Positions 9,201 through 19,100 of a stretch of DNA of 64,000 nucleotides are shown here, one piece after another. Under the pieces are notes generated by a model. That model saw only the letters and a program-made list of their open reading frames with translations, did no database searches and was not told the DNA's origin. The position numbers and the translations under genes were made by a program. Source of the DNA: Tetramitus jugosus (lineage: Eukaryota > Protista > Heterolobosea); the NCBI GenBank assembly GCA_937625935.1, contig OW569363.1, positions 456,296 through 520,295 of the forward strand, in the 5' to 3' direction. Positions within the stretch are counted from its first letter, which is position 1. The number at the start of each line of letters is the position of its first letter.

Positions 9201-12027
9201 ATCATTTCTGTATGATCTGATTATGATTGAAGAAGAGAGCAGCTCGTCGGCTCAAAAGGAATTCAAGAGAATGTATTTGGAGCAAGTTTTACCGTTCTTC
9301 ATAGAAGCAATGTTCACAAATAGAAACGAGAAGATAACAAGCAAAGCTCGAGAGACAGTGCATCGCATGTCAAAGCAGTACTTTGGCACATTGTTAACCC
9401 TGCAGCATGTAGTCGAACCAGTAATCTCAAAAATATCTCGATTGTATATTAATGGAAAGAAGGGCACTTATTCTCGAGGAAGAATCAACGAGAACGTTAT
9501 CCAACTCTTAAATGATATTGGATTAATACCTGGACCGAGCTCTATGTTGGGTTATTACATACCAAAGTTTTTGAGAATAATCTTAGAGCAGATGAAAACA
9601 GAGAAGAAGTTTGGAGAACAATCACCCGATCAAGCCAAATTAGTTGAGGATGACACCTCTCACAGTGCTAATGTTTTGATTATCTATAAGCTCTTAGAAA
9701 CGCTATTGCATCGCATTGGGCACCAGTCGAACTCGACTGTAAATAGCATCTTGCTCAATAATCTGCAACTGTTTGTAGATTTGATGCAAATGTATGGGCC
9801 GTCGACTCTCCATCCAGATTCTCCCATTGATGTTACAGATTGCTACTTTGATTCTGAACCAGAGAATTCTTTAACCATTGAAGTGTTTAAAAAGTACATA
9901 CAATTGGTCACTTACATGCTTCAAGTTTGCGAAGTTGGTGTTCGTTTCCAAGTGATACAAGCTCTGAGAGGATCTATAAGATCTATTCTCCACTCCGATG
10001 TGAGTTTCAAATTCGATCACCCTGAAGAGAGTGTGTACGACTGCGGATATCAAAAGAGTGATATTTCTTTGTTAGCTCCAAATAAGGTTCGAATAGATGA
10101 TGATGAGAAAGGAAAGCCATATCAACCGATCAGATCTCTAGTGTCGCGTATCAGGGCCAGTGTTATCTCACACAAAGAACAGCAGTCTCTTCTCTCAAGA
10201 CGAATGAGTACCAATGTTCCTCCATTGTATTCAGTCAAATCCTTAATGGAATCTAATGATCTCATGAATGAAATAGTGGGTGAACAACCAGAAATCACCT
10301 TCTTACCGGAGCAATCTAGCTCAGAACTTGGTGTGGGTATTGAAGCTTCTCCTTCACCCTTGTTTGCAACAAAGGATGATTTTTTGAAGGGTTATTTGCT
10401 GTATGCCGAATTGTGTCGTGTGCTTGGCAATAGCTTAATGAGAGAGGCAGTGAATAATAGCAGAGTGTTCGAAGATTATTTTACAAGATCAATCCCTGTG
10501 CAAGACAATAGCGAGAGTAACAACGAGTCTCCAGTACCTGCTCAAGCTTCATATCCTCACTGGTTCCTTCAAAATCCAGGAACTGTCCAACGAGTTGTTA
10601 CATCAGGAGTAAGCTATGACGATGTACGAAATTCAGAATATCGAGTCAAAGGCATCCTTGAATTCGAGTTTGATGATGGCAAAATCGCAAGTAATTCAAA
10701 CCCTTCCATCAGATGTATTGATATGTTAGAAAGTGACGAACGTATCTTTATAACCGGTGGTAGAGATCGTAATCTTCCTTGTGTTAAATTCTGGAATCTC
10801 GAGAGTGACAATCCTCATTCAATATCAACGTTATACCCATATCCCAGTGTGTCATCGAAGCGAGATATTGTCAAAGTGCAATTTTTGAACCCTAATGACG
10901 GAAGAATTATGGCTTGCAGTGATCGTATCATTGGTAGTCCATATGGAAACCTTCACATTTTTGATACAGAAATGAATCGGCTACTGTTCACGATTCATGG
11001 TGGAGCAGGACCAAATCAGAATTCGTACTTTAATCACATGTCACAACGATCGATCGATTCGAAGGTTAATCTTCGATTCCTTCTGAATCGCAGCAATGTG
11101 CCAGAGACTCACAACCAGTCCATAATAACAGGCGTGAGCAATTTAGATCACCGTAATGGTCAGATTGCATCATTTGATGTGCTAAATAACAACATGCTCG
11201 TAACAACAACAAACGACTGCAAACTCAAATTCTACGATCTAAGAGCAAGTGGAGTCAGAGAATGTTACGAATGGAGAATATTCCCACCAATGCATCAATT
11301 TGGACGTTCTTCCATTCCCTCTGTTCCTCTCTCTGTTAGTGCTTGTGCTCCACAGGATAAGCACATTGCTGTTGGACTATCAACTGGAGTGGTATTTTTA
11401 CTGGAGAAGTATTCAGGCCTCATAATTGATTCATTCCAGGCCCATGATAGAGAAATTTCAAAGATCGCACCCTACAAGTCAACTCCTGGACATTTGTTTA
11501 CCTGCAGCAGCGCTGCAGAGAGTAATGTGAAATCTGACTTGATTCGAATGTGGGACACGCATTCATCCGTGCCAGCCAAATGCGAGCGAGCGTTCAAGTT
11601 AAACGTCTCTCAATTACAACCTCAGTCGCAACAAGATACCCTTATTTCTCAAGCGCATATCGCAGTTCGCTCATTTGACGTATGTTCCCGGACAGACAGC
11701 GATCATATCTTTGCAGTGACCAATCATTCGGTTTTGCATTATCGAAACTCGAATTTCATTTCTCCACCAGAATCAGTTGACGATACGATGGCGTACAATC
11801 CATCCTTTGGCCGAAACCGAAGACCTTCCTCCCAGACTGCCCCTAACTTCCACATGAACCTTATTTATAATCTCTCCTCACAAGATACAACTCAGTCTCC
11901 CAATCCTATAACACCAGTTACTCCATCCATGGGAGCATCCTCCAAGTTTACAGACGTCAAGTACTTCCCTCTGCACAAGCTCCTTCTGGTCACGACAAGT
12001 GATGGCAAAATTGGAGTGTTCAGTTAA
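6295..12027 (+). CDS. WDR81: WDR81/LvsG-like BEACH protein (split pseudokinase + BEACH + WD40)
   Basis: Kinase-like HGKIRPCNILL and DMFALGCLLAELY flank a BEACH core (ISNYEYLIALNEMAGR, HPILPWVMDF, WTPDECIPELY, LHHWIDLIFGYKLSG). C-terminal WD40 repeats. MG N-terminus. Confidence 0.85.
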   Translation: MGQNLSIATEKLIIQEELGPLGIDYQYALTGGDSSPYRSPYVCAKISSTVNSLQYTKNGAINDDDDQEEQQNNNESTTSSPIQLLFLKSYNDHHHRRSGNGEDSFLLIKVIPKSFALYEEQHVERNMFTMTTTTTTNNGGDDAVSRKMDQEVFISLLYTISQLYQISPDLVNQMYFNYDLFEQQLSLLEEGECNNVNGEQQEAEHLKTMMLNKKKQNFVLQMLNGCFMPKHANLPALYGVFQSKRAFYLLMDHQNFTLDELLKFNQPILKLDDTKRRFLFYQMIQFVFFCHKSGFAHGKIRPCNILLNDMLWVSIIGQDILYTPKLDDPMFAVTNDGGSGGHVVPDGANATREVDGSSSSSPSSLVVPPLRLNSPSIRNNNDSPAMVSARAPSPTVPASHSNNNNTNYYGSLPSLESISGGTNNTYGSVNRSSVVDDDLVSSVISRWQKREISNYEYLIALNEMAGRRLGDSQFHPILPWVMDFSSPFGEWRDLTKTKYRLNKGDQMLDFTFQSPENPHHVTEPLSEITYFIYMARRTPVELLKLHVRTHYEPREYPLSVVRMYHWTPDECIPELYTDPSVFKSIHPDMSDLELPEWATDANDFIQKHREALESDQVSRQLHHWIDLIFGYKLSGQAAIDAKNVMLKKEHNDLIPTRYGYVQLFNDPHPPRFCSSIQDDANGLELAFYEQTLRFSATYFSTPEYHTIPYLIRAKKCQIEVSQKDLFADDMFALGCLLAELYTFQPLFNSKTLDYYLTNPDMSKYKSVPQFEKIPQPARFIIESLIDLDASKRKKVFQHPQSKRMFPTFFKFAYWFLSKFYTLPTQEEKLSFAMKHVTPNSVEREFFSSGYNPYMNNGGLLVDLPSEGLEITLPHVLQYFFSVKKVITTSGVVDVQHLRSWCDGVKILKKVGKHINRSKLLRCETIRKLVKKKLNELYLESEKMEGRTLPAQDLAILTDLQLNLYSFSFSSFLYDLIMIEEESSSSAQKEFKRMYLEQVLPFFIEAMFTNRNEKITSKARETVHRMSKQYFGTLLTLQHVVEPVISKISRLYINGKKGTYSRGRINENVIQLLNDIGLIPGPSSMLGYYIPKFLRIILEQMKTEKKFGEQSPDQAKLVEDDTSHSANVLIIYKLLETLLHRIGHQSNSTVNSILLNNLQLFVDLMQMYGPSTLHPDSPIDVTDCYFDSEPENSLTIEVFKKYIQLVTYMLQVCEVGVRFQVIQALRGSIRSILHSDVSFKFDHPEESVYDCGYQKSDISLLAPNKVRIDDDEKGKPYQPIRSLVSRIRASVISHKEQQSLLSRRMSTNVPPLYSVKSLMESNDLMNEIVGEQPEITFLPEQSSSELGVGIEASPSPLFATKDDFLKGYLLYAELCRVLGNSLMREAVNNSRVFEDYFTRSIPVQDNSESNNESPVPAQASYPHWFLQNPGTVQRVVTSGVSYDDVRNSEYRVKGILEFEFDDGKIASNSNPSIRCIDMLESDERIFITGGRDRNLPCVKFWNLESDNPHSISTLYPYPSVSSKRDIVKVQFLNPNDGRIMACSDRIIGSPYGNLHIFDTEMNRLLFTIHGGAGPNQNSYFNHMSQRSIDSKVNLRFLLNRSNVPETHNQSIITGVSNLDHRNGQIASFDVLNNNMLVTTTNDCKLKFYDLRASGVRECYEWRIFPPMHQFGRSSIPSVPLSVSACAPQDKHIAVGLSTGVVFLLEKYSGLIIDSFQAHDREISKIAPYKSTPGHLFTCSSAAESNVKSDLIRMWDTHSSVPAKCERAFKLNVSQLQPQSQQDTLISQAHIAVRSFDVCSRTDSDHIFAVTNHSVLHYRNSNFISPPESVDDTMAYNPSFGRNRRPSSQTAPNFHMNLIYNLSSQDTTQSPNPITPVTPSMGASSKFTDVKYFPLHKLLLVTTSDGKIGVFS

Positions 12028-12043
12028 ATGTTTTATTTATTGG

Positions 12044-13701
12044 TTATGATATGATACAGCACCTCTTTTTCTCCGATTGAGACTTACCAATAGGGTCACA
12101 CTCAACTTGCACTCCATCATTGCTCAGATAGTTGTCTTGTTCACTTGACGAATGATTGATTTCTGCATCGTATGGAATTTGATTCTGTTCGAGCAATCCC
12201 TCCAGATACTCCACTCTCAAGCGCAATCGCTTGTTCTCAGCCATCAAATCAGCAATCTTAGCCAACTTGGGATCTCTAGCAAGTTTAACTCTGTTCTTGA
12301 TTTGCTTTGCTCTATCTGCAAACTTGAGAGTAGACAAAGACTCCTCAAGGTTGATTGATGCAGGGCTAAGGGCACAGATCATGAGTGTAATGGAGTTTCC
12401 TCCCAAAGAATCTTGTAGTAAACGGGTCAGTTTGCTATCTCGGTATGGGACATAAGGCTTATTCATCGCGAGAGCATTAATCACATTTCCCAGACTGGAT
12501 AAGCTCTGATTAATCTTTGCTCCCTCCATTAACCGCTTTCCCTCAGCTCCCGTTGATCCGGCTCTCTCACTTCCAGCGAGATCGACCATGTGGAGTTTTG
12601 ATTGTCTCAAAGAGAAACCATTGGTGTCTCCTGTTTCCTGTTGTTCTATAAAGAACGTGAGGACAGAGTGAGAGCGACTGGATACTGCATTCATCTTGGT
12701 TTCTCCTTTGGTTCTGAATTCTGTTCCGTGCTCAATCACTGACAAAACATCCTCATACCGACTCACAGGAATCTGTATCAGATTGCTAACATGTATTCCC
12801 TTAACGGGATCCTCTCTAATCTTTAATTCTGCATCTTGAGTGCTCAATCCTTTGTACTTGGCCATTAAATCAACCAAGTTGTCATTGTAAATCTCCAAAT
12901 ATGACACTGATATCTGTACGATAGAGATTACTTGTTAGATACCTCGCATAGAATTAGTTATTTGTGCTTTTTCGACTTACATTACTCTCAATTTGGTTCG
13001 ACCTTGAGTTAAAGTAATCGAACAAATCAACTCCAATCTTCTTCATCACCCCAGGGTGTTGTTCATCTCCCTCCATTGTAAAAGTTTTGCCACTACCTGT
13101 TTGTCCATAGGCAAACACACATCCGTTATACCCTGACACACATCTATTCAACAACTTACGTCCTGTTGCTTCATATACTTCATCTTGTGTTGAGCCCTGT
13201 CCGAACACTCGATCAAAGGAAAAGGTCTTATCCTCGGACGTGGAAGATGCCAGTTTCTCCTTTCGAGAAATCTTTATTGACTTGTCTCCAATCATCTCCA
13301 CACAAGTACCACTGTTGACACTTGTTTCTCTCTGATTGGGTGGTCTCACCCTCACGACGACCATGACCTACAATAGAGACATGTTCAATAAGATAAGAAC
13401 ACATGAAAGATGCATCAAAGGGTTACCATGTAAACATTACACTTACACTCTCATCATTTGAACCAGAATCATTATGTACAGTAGAACTTTTACTCTCTGT
13501 TACTTCTTCAATAGCTATAGATGTAGTGTTCTTTCCTAAATTTTTCGAGTTGTTCGTTGTTACTGCTGTTCCCTTTGAGTGAGTGGGTTTTGGTGAAACT
13601 GCTCTATCGGTACCATCGGCGCTTTCGACCTTTGGACTCACCTTGACCACATTGGACTTTGTTTTATGAACATTGTTCATATTGTTCCCGTTAGACTTCA
13701 T
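12044..13701 (-). CDS. Kinesin motor protein, 3 exons (13701-13447, 13367-12981, 12913-12044), about 503 aa, ending in a CaaX box
   Basis: Motifs VRVRP, FAYGQTGSGKT, SYLEIYN, SSRSH, VDLAGSE, VPYRDSKLT. GTAAGT…AG introns of 79 and 67 bp join the exons in frame. Ends KKRCCIIS. Confidence 0.92.
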
Positions 13702-13977
13702 GTTGTTTGTTTGCTATAGCAACTTCCGAAGGTGGATGACCAACAAGCAATGACCCGACATCTAGAAAAGAGCCGATCAATGTTCCTTGCGAACACAACC
13801 ATCAGTTTGGGACACTACAATCAAATTTAGATGAAGAGCTCCGGACTGTAGTCAAGAATGATGATGCGTTACCGCTACAGTACTGTTCGTTCGAATAGGA
13901 GAAATGACCACTGCGAAGGAAGGCAAACACGCGGAAGGAGATTAGCGCTCGTATCTCCCAAAAATCAACATCTTTTA

Positions 13978-14499
13978 TTAGAGTTCACCACACTCTGAGA
14001 TAACGACAGGTATCTTTGGTTTGGAGTCTGCTCCTACAGGAACATTCTCAATCTTTCTTACAGTGATCATACCGTCAATCACTCTTCCAAACACAACGTG
14101 CTTGTCATCTAACCAAGTAGTCTTTGTTGTCGTAATAAAGAATTGACATCCGTTGCTATTGGGTCCTGAATTCGCCATGGAAAGCAAACCAGGCACCGTG
14201 TGCTTCAAATCAAAATTTTCATCGTCAAAACGATCGCCGTAAATGCTCATGGCGCCAGTTCCATCTCCGTTCACAAAATCTCCGCCTTGGATCATAAAAT
14301 CCTTGATGACACGATGGAATGTGCAACCCTTGTAGCCTTGTGGTAAGCCTTGTTGCCTGAATTCACCTGTGCACAATTGACGGAAATTCTCTGCTGTTTT
14401 TGGGACTCTATCAGCAAAAAGCTCCATTTTGATGCGTCCTGCACTCTGACCACCAATGGTGATATCAAAGAAGACGATCGGATTGTCGATGGATGTCAT
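13978..14499 (-). CDS. PPIH: Cyclophilin-type PPIase, cyclophilin H-like (U4/U6 snRNP)
   Basis: [64 protein letters not shown] at 14499, 173 aa. Confidence 0.9.
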   Translation of the reverse strand: MTSIDNPIVFFDITIGGQSAGRIKMELFADRVPKTAENFRQLCTGEFRQQGLPQGYKGCTFHRVIKDFMIQGGDFVNGDGTGAMSIYGDRFDDENFDLKHTVPGLLSMANSGPNSNGCQFFITTTKTTWLDDKHVVFGRVIDGMITVRKIENVPVGADSKPKIPVVISECGEL

Positions 14500-14553
14500 T
14501 GTTGATCGGTTTTCGTTTTGTTTTCTGTGCAAAGAATGCAGAGCAAGAAGATC

Positions 14554-14557
14554 AAAA
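14554..14557 (-). terminator. Probable Pol III terminator (TTTT) of the tRNA-Val gene
   Basis: Run of four T on the minus strand 5 nt after the tRNA discriminator base. Confidence 0.5.
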
Positions 14558-14562
14558 TGATT

Positions 14563-14636
14563 TACGATTGACCGGGATCGAACCGGCGACCTTGAGCGTG
14601 TTAAGCTCACGATCTAACCAACTGATCTACAACCGC
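14563..14636 (-). tRNA. tRNA-Val (anticodon AAC), 74 nt, intronless
   Basis: Reverse complement folds as a full cloverleaf: GCGGTTG TA GATC-AGTTGGTTA-GATC G TGAGC-TTAACAC-GCTCA AGGTC GCCGG-TTCGATC-CCGGT CAATCGT A. Canonical A and B boxes. Confidence 0.96.
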
Positions 14637-14676
14637 TGATGTTATTTACATAGAATTCGGTATTCTGCGCAGCGAG

Positions 14677-14686
14677 AGCCGGAGAC
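14677..14686 (+). repeat. 5' copy of the target-site duplication (A)GCCGGAGAC
   Basis: Identical to 20075-20084 immediately after the element's poly(A) tail. The first A is ambiguous with the tail, so the TSD is 9-10 bp. Confidence 0.92.
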
Positions 14687-14690
14687 AAAG

Positions 14691-14722
<32 letters not shown>

Positions 14723-14723
14723 C

Positions 14724-16115
14724 ATGAAAAAAAACGCAAACATTCCGTCCTCATCCTCGAGCGAGGTGAGGGAGTATGCACGTAATGGATACTCGGTGTG
14801 GACCACTTTGAAAAGCGGTTCCATCAATAAGAAGGAAGCTGTGATTAAAGGTCGTGAGTGTAATAGAACAGGCCCTGCTATCGCAAGAACAATTGGAATG
14901 ACATACAGTAATTGGATCACGAGGGTTCAAGTCATAAAATGGGACAAGGGTCATTTTATCGCATGGGTGAATGTCAAGGAGGACAAAGTATACGAGTTTG
15001 TTGAGGACTTCAATTCAACAAAGAAGATTTCACACACTGTTGCGGCAATCAAGAGAGATACTGATACTGAGAAGAAGCTGGTTGTACACAAGGTAGAGGG
15101 AATGACGAAGGACGATATTGCAAGCATGATCGGCCGTGAGAAGGTACGCCATGTGGATGTAAAAGGCAAAACAGCGTTTGTGACGATGACTTCTCAGACA
15201 TATGCACAAGCAGTAATGAATGATCGGACTATGACGGCTGAAATCTCTCAGTACGTAAACAGAGAACAAGACCCAGTCAAGCTGATGTCTAAGAGGTTCC
15301 AAAGAGTGAAAGAAATGATGACAAAGCAGATCGAAAGTCTACAGAAAAGAGTTAAGCAATTGGAAGACCTTGTCACAAATACAAAAAGACCAAGAAAGAA
15401 AGTCAATGTTCCAAAAACCACAAATATCAGGATTGTACAGAGTGGCAAGGCCCAAGTTAATCCAACAATAGAAGATCAAGTTATTGATAAGGCAGTTTCG
15501 CCATTGGACGTAGAAGATAGGCAATTAAGTGACAACCAGGGACAGGAAGAGTCAACTACAGAAGAAGATGTCACAATGACCGAAGTGGTGGGAACAATGG
15601 TCAACATCATAGCAAGAGACAACAACAGTCCAACACAAACTCTACAACAACCGGTACATAATAACCAGGGAAACTATGTGGATCCGAGCGTAGAAATTAT
15701 GGAGGACTCTAGTGATAACTGGGAATCTGCTCTGAGCCAAGAGTACACTACACCCCAAGAACCAGTAAGAACGTTCAGAGAAATGGAAACAGCACTGTTC
15801 AGTAACGTTGAAAGAACTTCGGAATCTGAACTACAGAAGGAGGAGAGAAGGCAAGAGAGAAGAAGGAGAAGGCTTCTGCGTGAAAGACAAGCAAGCATTT
15901 GCCAATTTTTAACTTCTGAGCTGGGATCTACGGAAACTGGAGAGAACACTCCCATCAAAGAGAGTGGTAAAAGAGGAACACTTAATCAGTTGAATGGAAA
16001 CAACAAAAAGAGACCAATGCTTGAGACACCGCCTAGAAATGTTGGTGCGGAAGAGATCAACCAACGCCAGGTTGAAGAACCCACAGAGACAGTACAAACC
16101 CAACACTCATGTTGA
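14724..16115 (+). CDS. Retrotransposon ORF1 (RRM-like folds, coiled coil, disordered C-terminus)
   Basis: RRM-like KLVVHKVEGMTKDDIASMIG…KGKTAFVTM and heptad QIESLQKRVKQLEDLV. Position upstream of ORF2. No CCHC knuckle seen. Confidence 0.85.
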   Translation: MKKNANIPSSSSSEVREYARNGYSVWTTLKSGSINKKEAVIKGRECNRTGPAIARTIGMTYSNWITRVQVIKWDKGHFIAWVNVKEDKVYEFVEDFNSTKKISHTVAAIKRDTDTEKKLVVHKVEGMTKDDIASMIGREKVRHVDVKGKTAFVTMTSQTYAQAVMNDRTMTAEISQYVNREQDPVKLMSKRFQRVKEMMTKQIESLQKRVKQLEDLVTNTKRPRKKVNVPKTTNIRIVQSGKAQVNPTIEDQVIDKAVSPLDVEDRQLSDNQGQEESTTEEDVTMTEVVGTMVNIIARDNNSPTQTLQQPVHNNQGNYVDPSVEIMEDSSDNWESALSQEYTTPQEPVRTFREMETALFSNVERTSESELQKEERRQERRRRRLLRERQASICQFLTSELGSTETGENTPIKESGKRGTLNQLNGNNKKRPMLETPPRNVGAEEINQRQVEEPTETVQTQHSC

Positions 16116-19100
16116 GAGTCATATGGTACAATATTAACGGCATCAAAGGGAAAGCCAATGATGTAGTAAGTTTGATGGAGAACGAAGAGATAGACGTTCT
16201 CATGTTACAAGAGGCCAGTGGAATCAACGACGAGTGGTTCCAAAGGTTAAGTCGTAAATTGAGTAGGATCAATTGTGTCCTAATTTGTGATGTACCAAAT
16301 TCTCATCTCGCTACAATTGTGAGAACTAAACAGGTGCAAACATATGGTGTACTCCTAAGTAAGGAAAGACTACAAGTAATTAAGGTAGTCACAGAAAACA
16401 CAACAGTCACGTTGGCAAACCACTATGGGCCCCATAGGAAAGATCTGACACACTACAAGTGGCTGGAAGAAACAATAAGTATGTATTCACTGACTGGCAA
16501 GTTCGCTTTGGGTGGAGATCATAACGCGGTAACCAAAGAAACGGACAGAACAGCAAGGAGATTAGACAGTAATTCGCAACTGCTCGTCGAAGCACTCACG
16601 AACAACAATATGTTGGATGCTAATGATGCTCTGGGTGTTGAAAGATTCCATACCTTCTACAGGAAAGGATCCTCATCGCGCATCGACTCTGTATGGTGCA
16701 ACAGAGCAGCCATGTCAGTCGTAGATCAAGTCATGATGTTCACGAAGAATGGAGTGAACAGCGATCATGTCCCAACAATGCTGTTGATATCACAAGTCAA
16801 TTATGCGACAGAGAGGAGTTGCAGGGAAGCATATCGGTTCCCTAGTAGCCAAAAGGATGTGAGGTGGGTGAAATATGGCCAAAGAATCATAGAAGAACTG
16901 GAGGCACTCAGTGTCCAAAACGAACGGGACACCGATAAACAGTGCGAGTTAATTACGGACACACTCCTTAAGCATGCCCAAGAATTTCGCATAGACTACA
17001 AAGAAAGAACATGGACACACAACAGAAGTGTGAGAAGAATGTTGAAGCAAAGGGAAGCATTGCTGGAGTTTTTAAATAGACGCGCGTGGAACTCACAGCT
17101 GGAAAAAATATGCAGTAACTCTGACAAGTATCTCCCAAGGTACGATAGGGTATTGGAAACACTAAAACATGTGGGAAAAGTACTCCAAAGGGCAAGGACC
17201 AAAAAGACAACGCAAAAATTCAGGAAATGGGAATGGGAGTCCAGAACAGCTGAATTCAAGGATCCCTCAAAGTTCTTTTCGGCAGCTTCAGCTAAGAAGA
17301 GTTGTCGAGTGCGTCTAAATAGAGTGTCAAAGGATGGACTACTGCATAGTGATCCTCATATGGTAGGAGAAGTGGCAGCAGACTACTTCGAAGGAGCTTT
17401 CAGAAAGGAGGAGGCTAACATGAGCTTCTTGGCTATGCTGGAGAAGAACACTGACAAACACAAAATACGTGAGTGTATTAAGCCTTTTAATACGGAGGAA
17501 GTTGCGAACGCTATCAAATGGCTGAGGAACAGGAAGTGCCCTGGTGCTGACAGAGTCCAAAATGAGATGATCAAACTCCCAAGGACGAAGAAGAGAGACT
17601 TTAGGTGGGAGTTTGCAGATATCCTTTGCACTTTCTTCAACAATATTACGAGAACAGGGAAATTTCCGAAGTCGTGGAAGGAGTGTATTATAATACCTGC
17701 CTATAAGAAGGGAGACGTCTCGAACCCGGAGAATTATAGACCCATTTGCTTACTCAGCTCAATTTCCAAACTTTACACCAAGTTGCTGAACATGAGAGTG
17801 GCGAAAGCAGCGGAAGAAGGTGGTATCTTCTCCAATGTCCAAGGAGGAGGCAGGAGATATCGTGACATTAGAGAGAAACTCTCTCTGATCAGAGGAATTA
17901 TAGATCATTCTAACCGTCATGATCGACAGCTCTATCTGTTGCTGACTGATATTTCTAAAGCCTTTGATTCGGTCCCACACAACGCAATTGAATCGGTGTA
18001 CAAGTTCTTCGGATTTCCAATCGAGATTGTAAAGTTGGTAAGTAGTATGGTACGAGACAATTACGCACGTGTCATGACTTCGTCGTTGTCACGGAGGTTT
18101 CACATGGGAAAGGGTACAAGGCAGGGTGACTCCCTGTCTCCAACCACTTACATTCTTGTGCACCAAGTTGTGCTCCTGTATGTAAACCAGAGAATGAATG
18201 GGATCAAGGTCATGTCCCAGAGGCTGTGGAATGCAGCGTATGTGGATGATTGTAACCTTTTTGCGGAATCCAGGGGAGACATGGAAAAAGCTGCAGAAGC
18301 AATGTCCACGGTGTTAGGATGGCTACGAATGACCATGCACCCGGACAAACTCGAATTGTATGTAAGAAAATTGGACGATGAGTCGACGCACGACATAACG
18401 GTAGGGAAGAAGTTAGTTCGTGCTAAGAACAACAAACAGGGCTTCCGAGCACTGGGTCTATACACCAACCTCAGAGGTAGTACCAACACACAAAGAGAGC
18501 AGGCTTGGCAGAAAGCACAAAGAGTGGTAGTCAGATTGAAGCTGATGAGACTCACGGCAAGACAGGTAAGTAGGGTGGTCAACACATGCATCCACCCAGT
18601 CTTTACATACGCCTCGGAGTTCACTGACTGGCCTCAAGGGTGGCTTAACAAGGTCAACTTGCTGGGTAGGTCATTGGTGAAGTATGGCTCCAAAGCGATG
18701 AAGATTTTCCCAAGTGAACTCCTCTCGGTCGAAAGTGAAATGGGATTGGTCGGATTGAAGGATATAGAAGAAACGATAACCACACAAACCGCATGGTTTG
18801 TGTGCGCTATGATTAATGGTAAAAGAGACACGGAAGCCAGAAAGCTGTTCCTTGACACGCTTGAGGACATCAAGCACAATCAAACATTCCAATATGAGAA
18901 TGTATATCAGTCAAGGAACAGGCTAGAGGCAGTCAAAGGATCATATCACAAGTGGTGCGCCAGCAGATTGCACAAACACCATATCAGGGTTGTAGTCAAT
19001 ACCCAACAGCAACAGTGTGATGAGTGCTGTTTAGCTAGGTATGTACCCTCCAGCCTGCTCAAAACGCTGTTTAAGGCGGGCATCACGAGTCGCGAACAAT

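Noticed and set aside
14500-14610. N-terminal extension of the cyclophilin ORF in the ORF track
   Set aside because: It starts at GTG and runs through the tRNA-Val gene. The real start is the ATG at 14499.
14642-14920. Minus-strand ORF with a poly-Phe run
   Set aside because: Antisense translation of the LINE 5' poly(A) tract and ORF1.
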